Origin: Patescibacteria group bacterium
GTDB lineage: Bacteria; Patescibacteriota; Microgenomatia; UBA10105; UBA927
Direction: 5' to 3'
Length of the DNA stretch: 64,000 nucleotides
NCBI GenBank assembly: GCA_049322955.1
Contig: JBMOPU010000033.1
Coordinates: 64,784-128,783 of the forward strand
Below the pieces are notes generated by a model. That model searched no databases. It saw nothing but the letters and a program-made list of their open reading frames with translations, and was not told the origin of the DNA. A program made the translations under genes and the position numbers. This document shows positions 58,255 through 64,000 of this stretch, in pieces. Each line of letters starts with the position of its first letter. The stretch's first letter is position 1.

Positions 58255-61200
58255 ATGGCATCCAAACCTTCCATTTATAAGCGAGAAACCTGGGGCACCG
58301 AATACCCCGATCTTCCGAAGTTAGACCTTACGTTAGTCCAACGCGAATCCTATCAATGGTTTTTGGAACACGGCATTAAAGAACTCCTCGACGAAGTAAC
58401 TCCCATGACCGATTTTACCGGCAAGAACTGGGAACTCGGTTTCGGCGACTATTATTTCGGACGACCGCGACTTACCCCCGAAATCGCACAGCAAAAAGGT
58501 CTCACCTTCGACATGCCGCTCAAAGTAAAAGCAACCCTCACCAACAAGCAAACCGGACATCAGCTCACCCAGGAAGTATTTTTGGGTGATATCCCGGCCA
58601 TGACGGAACGCGGTACCTTTGTGATCAACGGTATCGAGCGATGCGTGGTAAATCAGCTGGTCCGTTCGCCGGGTATTTATTTGACGGGAGAAGTCGATCC
58701 TTCGACCGGACGTACATTATATAGTGCCGAGATCCGACCGATGCACGGCAGTTGGCTTGAATTTTTCGTAACCCGAAATGACGTATTGATGGTGAGAATC
58801 GACCGACGACGAAAATTTGTCGCTTCCACGTTCCTTCGCGCGGTGGGGTTCTCCTCCAACGAAGAAATCGAACGGCTTTTTGCCGATGTGGACGTCAACC
58901 CCGATCACCAATTTACCAAAGCAACCCTTGCCAAAGACACGACGACTGACAGTAATGAAGCCGTCCTTGAGCTCTATCGCAAGCTTCGTCCGGGGGAGCC
59001 GATTGTTTTGGATAACGCGCAGGAATTGCTTCGCACCATGTTCTTTGACTATCGTCGCTACTCCTTGGAGCGGGTAGGTCGATACAAGATGAATAAGAAG
59101 TTAAATCTTGACGTTCCCAACAACAAAGAAAATTGGGTGCTGACCCGCGACGACATCGTCGGCGGTATCCGCTACCTTATCAACCTTACCAACGGCAAAG
59201 GCGATGTCGATGACATTGACCATTTGGGAAATCGCCGTGTTCGACGGGTTGGAGAATTGGTTGCCACCAATGCATTTCGCGTCGGCATCCTGCGCCTTGA
59301 GCGGTCTATCCGCGAAAAAATGAGTTTGGCAGGTCCCAATGCGGAAGATTTGACTCCGACGCATTTGGTGAACGCCAGACCGATCATTGCGTCTATCAAT
59401 GATTTCTTCCGAACAAGCCAACTTTCCACGATCTTGGATCAGACGAATCCTTTGGCCGAAATCGATAACCTTCGCCGTTTGACCGTTATGGGTGTCGGCG
59501 GTATATCACGAGAGCGCGCAAGTTTCTCTATCCGTGACATCAATGCATCACAATACGGTCGTGTTGATCCGGTTCGTAGCCCTGAAGGTCCGAACATCGG
59601 TCTTGTCACCTACATGGCGCTGTACTCACGCGTCAATGAATACGGATTCTTAGAAACACCGTACCGCAAGGTGGAGAAAGTCATGCACGGCGACAAAGCC
59701 AAAGTTCGGGCAACCGACGAAATCGTCTATCTCGATGCGAACGACGAAATGTATCACTACATTACGCATGCGGAACTTCCCAAGGACAAAGACGGATTCA
59801 TCAGTGCGGATCGCGTGCCGGTTCGCTACAAGGGTGAATTCTTGGAAACCGACGCATCACTTATCGAATACATCGATATCGTGCCGCGCCAGGTGGTCGG
59901 TGCACCCGCATCGCTTATTCCGTTCCTTGCCCATGACGAAGCAAACCGTGCCCTTATGGGAACGCACATGCAATGTCAGGCGGTTCCGCTTCTGATCCCG
60001 CAATCTCCGGTGGTGGGAACGGGTATGGAAGGTGCAGTCGTCGAATCCATGGGACGGTTAGTGCGCGCCACCGATGAGGGAGAAGTTATCTATTCGGACG
60101 CGGGACTTATCAAAGTGAAATACAAGAACGGCGATATCACCTCCTATGAACCGCAGAAATTTAAGCGCACCTCACAGTCGACCTGCTACAACCAACGGGT
60201 GTTGGTAAATCTCGGTGACAAAGTGCAAAAGGGTGACGTATTAATCGAAGCTCCCGCATCAGAAAACGGCGAATTGGCATTGGGTTCCAACCTTACCATC
60301 GCCTACATGAGTTACGAAGGATTGGGTTATGAAGACGCCATCGTCATTTCCAACAGATTGGTTCGCGAGGACTTACTGACTTCGGTTCACATCGAAGAGC
60401 ATGAATGCAGTGTCGTCGATACCAAGCTCGGGCCGGAAGAAACGACCCGCGACATTCCTAATGTCGGCGAAGAAGCACTGAGAAATCTTGATGAAAACGG
60501 TGTGGTTGTCGTAGGAGCCGATGTCGGTCCCAATGATATATTGGTCGGAAAAATCGCTCCGAAAGGTGAAACGGAACTTACCGCCGAAGAACGGTTGCTT
60601 CGTGCAATCTTCGGAGAAAAGGCCCGTGAAGTACGTGACACGTCGCTTCGCCTTCCGCATGGAGAACGCGGCACGGTTATCGATGTCGTTACCCTTGATA
60701 AGGAAAAAGGTGACGAATTAGAGCCGGGTACGAATCGCAAAATTATCGTTAAAATCGCCCAAATGCGTAAAGTCGTGGTCGGAGACAAACTTGCCGGACG
60801 ACACGGAAACAAAGGCGTTATCTCAAAGATTGTACCCCAGTCGGACATGCCGTACATGGCGGACGGCACCGTAGTTGACATTATTATCTCACCGCTTTCC
60901 GTATTGAGCCGTATGAACCTCGGGCAATTATTGGAATCGCATCTCGGTCTTGCGATGAGCAAGATGAACGTCAAAGTCGGCCTTCCGGTATTTGAACACG
61001 TTTCCGAGGACCGCATGACGGAACAAATGAAAAAGTCAGGGCTGTCGTTGAGCGGCAAGAGTACCTTATATGACGGGAAGACCGGAGAGCCGTATAAGGA
61101 ACCGATCGTTGTTGGTATCGGGTACATCATGAAGCTTATCCACATGGTCGAAGACAAGACGCACGCACGAAGTACCGGTCCGTACTCATTGGTCACCCAG

Positions 61201-61629
61201 CAACCGCTTGGCGGAAAAGCACAAATGGGAGGACAACGTTTGGGAGAAATGGAAGTCTGGGCACTGGAATCGCACCGAGCGGCACATATTTTGCAGGAAA
61301 TGTTGACAATCAAATCCGACGATGTGGTAGGACGCGCCAAGGCATTCGAGGCGATCGTCAAAGGCACCGATATCCCGGCCTCCACCGTTCCGGAATCGTT
61401 CAAAGTGTTAGTCAAAGAATTGCAGGCGTTGGGTCTTAACGTTATCCCGACCGGTGTCGTTACCGCAAAACCCGCGGTAATTACCGACGCGGCAAAGGAA
61501 GAAGTGGTTGCCAAAGTCGCCAAAGAACTTGCTGAAGTAAGCGGCGAAGAAACGGTATCCGATGAGGTTAAAGAAGATCGCGGAACAGAAACACCGGTAG
61601 AACCGAATGAAGGAGAAAACAATGGATAA
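58255..61629 (+). CDS. rpoB: RNA polymerase beta subunit
   Basis: [29 protein letters not shown]. Confidence 0.99.
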   Translation: MASKPSIYKRETWGTEYPDLPKLDLTLVQRESYQWFLEHGIKELLDEVTPMTDFTGKNWELGFGDYYFGRPRLTPEIAQQKGLTFDMPLKVKATLTNKQTGHQLTQEVFLGDIPAMTERGTFVINGIERCVVNQLVRSPGIYLTGEVDPSTGRTLYSAEIRPMHGSWLEFFVTRNDVLMVRIDRRRKFVASTFLRAVGFSSNEEIERLFADVDVNPDHQFTKATLAKDTTTDSNEAVLELYRKLRPGEPIVLDNAQELLRTMFFDYRRYSLERVGRYKMNKKLNLDVPNNKENWVLTRDDIVGGIRYLINLTNGKGDVDDIDHLGNRRVRRVGELVATNAFRVGILRLERSIREKMSLAGPNAEDLTPTHLVNARPIIASINDFFRTSQLSTILDQTNPLAEIDNLRRLTVMGVGGISRERASFSIRDINASQYGRVDPVRSPEGPNIGLVTYMALYSRVNEYGFLETPYRKVEKVMHGDKAKVRATDEIVYLDANDEMYHYITHAELPKDKDGFISADRVPVRYKGEFLETDASLIEYIDIVPRQVVGAPASLIPFLAHDEANRALMGTHMQCQAVPLLIPQSPVVGTGMEGAVVESMGRLVRATDEGEVIYSDAGLIKVKYKNGDITSYEPQKFKRTSQSTCYNQRVLVNLGDKVQKGDVLIEAPASENGELALGSNLTIAYMSYEGLGYEDAIVISNRLVREDLLTSVHIEEHECSVVDTKLGPEETTRDIPNVGEEALRNLDENGVVVVGADVGPNDILVGKIAPKGETELTAEERLLRAIFGEKAREVRDTSLRLPHGERGTVIDVVTLDKEKGDELEPGTNRKIIVKIAQMRKVVVGDKLAGRHGNKGVISKIVPQSDMPYMADGTVVDIIISPLSVLSRMNLGQLLESHLGLAMSKMNVKVGLPVFEHVSEDRMTEQMKKSGLSLSGKSTLYDGKTGEPYKEPIVVGIGYIMKLIHMVEDKTHARSTGPYSLVTQQPLGGKAQMGGQRLGEMEVWALESHRAAHILQEMLTIKSDDVVGRAKAFEAIVKGTDIPASTVPESFKVLVKELQALGLNVIPTGVVTAKPAVITDAAKEEVVAKVAKELAEVSGEETVSDEVKEDRGTETPVEPNEGENNG

Positions 61630-64000
61630 AAAAGGAAATTTCGCCAATATCGTTGACTTTACCGGATTGCTTATTAAGCTTGCCGCCCCTGATGAGGTTA
61701 AGGCATGGAGCTACGGAGAAGTTATCAAGCCTGAGACGATCAACTATCGGACCCTGAAGCCGGAAAAAGACGGACTTTTTGACGAGCGAATTTTCGGACC
61801 TACGAAAGATTGGGAATGTTACTGCGGCAAATACAAGAGAATCCGCTATCGCGGCATTGTCTGCGACAAGTGCGGTGTCGAGGTTACCCAAAGCAAAGTG
61901 CGACGCGAAAGAATGGGACATATTACGCTTGCCGCGCCGGTTGCGCACGTATGGTTCTTTAAGGGAGCACCCAGCAAACTTTCCCTGCTTTTGGATATTT
62001 CTCCGCGGGCACTTGAAGGCGTTATCTATTTTGCCCAATATCTTGTCGTCTCCGTTGATGAGGACGAAAAGAAGAAAGTATTGGCCGGTCTTGTGGAACA
62101 AGGCGAAAAGCGTATCGCGGATCTCGCGGCACGCGTTGATGCGGAAAAGGAAAAGCGCAAGAAAGAAATCTCACGGGAAAAGTCGGAGGTTGTCTCCAAC
62201 GTGCACGGCAAAGAAGCACAGGATTTGGCGACCAGTGAATTGACGCTTCGTGAGCGCCAGGAATTTGCCACGCTTGATGATCAGTTTGAGAAGGAATCCG
62301 AGAAGATCAAGCAGGTTATCGAACAAATCACCGCGATCGTCAAAAGTATCAAGCCCCGATCGACCATCACCGAGGATGAATATCTGCGGCTGTTGGACTA
62401 CGATGCCTCTTCATTCCTGAAAGTAGGCATGGGAGCAGAAGCGATGCTCGAAGTGGTCAAAAAGATTGATCTCGATAAGCTCGCCGCGGAACTTCGTGAA
62501 GAAATCCAGACATCCAGCGGACAACGCCATGTGAAGGCCACAAAGCGCCTTCGGGTTGTCGACGGCATGAGAAAATCAACCATCAATCCTACCTGGATGG
62601 TCATGCACACGCTTCCGGTGTTGCCTCCGGATCTGCGCCCTATGGTACAGCTTACCGGCGGACGGTTTGCCACCTCTGATTTGAATGACTTATACCGACG
62701 GGTGATTAACCGCAACAATCGGTTGAAGCACCTTATGGATTTGGGAGCGCCCGAGATCATTCTCCGGAATGAAAAACGCATGTTGCAGGAAGCGGTTGAC
62801 AGTCTTATCGACGCGACACAACGACCGTCTTCACGCACCGTTATCCAGCCGCTTCGCAGTCTTTCCGACATGCTTCGCGGCAAACAGGGACGATTCCGCC
62901 AGAATTTGCTCGGAAAACGCGTCGATTACTCAGGTCGTTCCGTTATCGTGGTCGGTCCTGAACTCAAACTCAATCAATGCGGACTTCCCAAGGAAATGGC
63001 ACTCGAGATGTTCAAGCCGTTTGTACTCCGTGAACTTATCGTTCGGGGAATTGCTCCCAACGTCAAAAACGCAAAGAATGTCTTGGAACGCCGAACGCCC
63101 GAAGTCTATGACATCTTAGAAGAAATTACCAAGAATCATCCGGTCATGTTGAACCGTGCGCCTACCTTGCACAAGCTCGGGTTCCAGGCATTTTATCCGG
63201 TCCTGATCGAAGGTGCGGCTATCCGCATCCACCCCTGTGTGTGCGCAGGCTACAATGCAGACTTCGACGGAGACCAGATGGCCGTACACATTCCGCTTTC
63301 CGCTTCTTCACAACAGGAAGCGATTGCGCTCATGTTGCCGACCCACAACTTGCTCAAGCCGGCCGACGGATCACCGATCACCGTGCCGAACAAGGAAATG
63401 GTTATCGGGTGCTACTATCTGACCACCATGAACGCCGCCGATATGAACGTGGATGAAACGACGTTGCATGCCTATGCGGATGCCGCCGAAGCCATCTATG
63501 CGTATCAGTCAGGGAAAATCGGACTCCGCAGTCCGTTGAGACTGCCGATTGACGGCAAGTTGACCGTTACGACCGTCGGAAAGATCATGTTCAACGAAGT
63601 GCTTCCCGAAGGACTTCGCTACATCAACACGCCGGTAAAGGCCGCAACCATTAAACAGCTTATTACCAAAGCATTCGGCATGTATCCTAAGGAATCCGTC
63701 ACGGAGCTTATCGATGCCATCAAAAACATCGGATTCTTCGGTGCGACCCTTTGCGGAGGATTATCGGTATCAGTCTTTGATAACCAATCAATTGAAGAAA
63801 AGAACGACATCATCGGTGAAGCAGACGCAAAAGTAAAGGAAATCGACCAAAACTTCCAGATGGGATTAATCACCCTCGAAGAAAAGAAGCGACTTTCCAA
63901 CGAAGTCTGGATCGAAGTCACCGAACGCATTGCCGATCTTACTTGGGAACGCCTTGATGCGGATAATCCGGTCAAAATGATTATCGATTCCGGAGGAGCT
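61622..64000 (+). CDS. rpoC: RNA polymerase beta' subunit, partial (runs off the window)
   Basis: [42 protein letters not shown] near 63255; absent from the ORF track because there is no stop in the window. Confidence 0.98.
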   Translation, partial: MDKKGNFANIVDFTGLLIKLAAPDEVKAWSYGEVIKPETINYRTLKPEKDGLFDERIFGPTKDWECYCGKYKRIRYRGIVCDKCGVEVTQSKVRRERMGHITLAAPVAHVWFFKGAPSKLSLLLDISPRALEGVIYFAQYLVVSVDEDEKKKVLAGLVEQGEKRIADLAARVDAEKEKRKKEISREKSEVVSNVHGKEAQDLATSELTLRERQEFATLDDQFEKESEKIKQVIEQITAIVKSIKPRSTITEDEYLRLLDYDASSFLKVGMGAEAMLEVVKKIDLDKLAAELREEIQTSSGQRHVKATKRLRVVDGMRKSTINPTWMVMHTLPVLPPDLRPMVQLTGGRFATSDLNDLYRRVINRNNRLKHLMDLGAPEIILRNEKRMLQEAVDSLIDATQRPSSRTVIQPLRSLSDMLRGKQGRFRQNLLGKRVDYSGRSVIVVGPELKLNQCGLPKEMALEMFKPFVLRELIVRGIAPNVKNAKNVLERRTPEVYDILEEITKNHPVMLNRAPTLHKLGFQAFYPVLIEGAAIRIHPCVCAGYNADFDGDQMAVHIPLSASSQQEAIALMLPTHNLLKPADGSPITVPNKEMVIGCYYLTTMNAADMNVDETTLHAYADAAEAIYAYQSGKIGLRSPLRLPIDGKLTVTTVGKIMFNEVLPEGLRYINTPVKAATIKQLITKAFGMYPKESVTELIDAIKNIGFFGATLCGGLSVSVFDNQSIEEKNDIIGEADAKVKEIDQNFQMGLITLEEKKRLSNEVWIEVTERIADLTWERLDADNPVKMIIDSGGA

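Noticed and set aside
60387-61622. 411-aa antisense ORF, and similar ones opposite dnaK, pnp, ftsK and hrcA
   Set aside because: Shadow frames of conserved genes, Ser/Thr-rich with no motifs
1-64000. Alternative genetic code (TGA as Gly)
   Set aside because: TGA ends genes at expected positions (e.g. 16042, 55476, 57630) and conserved genes read through intact in code 11

Overview
A gene-dense chromosomal window (standard code 11, roughly 50% GC by eye) that looks like a Patescibacteria/CPR genome. Microgenomates is the likely group; this is inferred from gene content and minimal forms of IF2, NusA, AlaS and HrcA. Core loci are pilN/pilO, rpsT, murJ, CIRCE-hrcA-grpE-dnaK-dnaJ, nusA-infB-DHH-rpsO-pnp-(Lon-like ATPase)-rnj-ftsK-rodZ, alaS to mltG, rpoB and the 5' part of rpoC. 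Accessory content includes four EamA transporters, an archaeal-type AMP phosphorylase, a sortase, several surface proteins and an AT-rich type II restriction-modification island. The most notable observations are: (1) the methylase resembles M.BbvI (GCWGC), and GCAGC/GCTGC is almost absent from the window by eye; (2) three unrelated surface proteins share an N-terminal TM(LP/IP)...R/K-A signal, and one also carries an IPVSG sortase signal; (3) a membrane-spanning FtsA/PilM-like + acidic linker + baseplate-J-like fusion sits next to a sortase; (4) a Lon ATPase has no protease domain and a rewritten pore loop; (5) leaderless promoters are pervasive. No tRNA, rRNA, CRISPR array or transposase was seen. 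All family calls come from motif recognition, not database searches.
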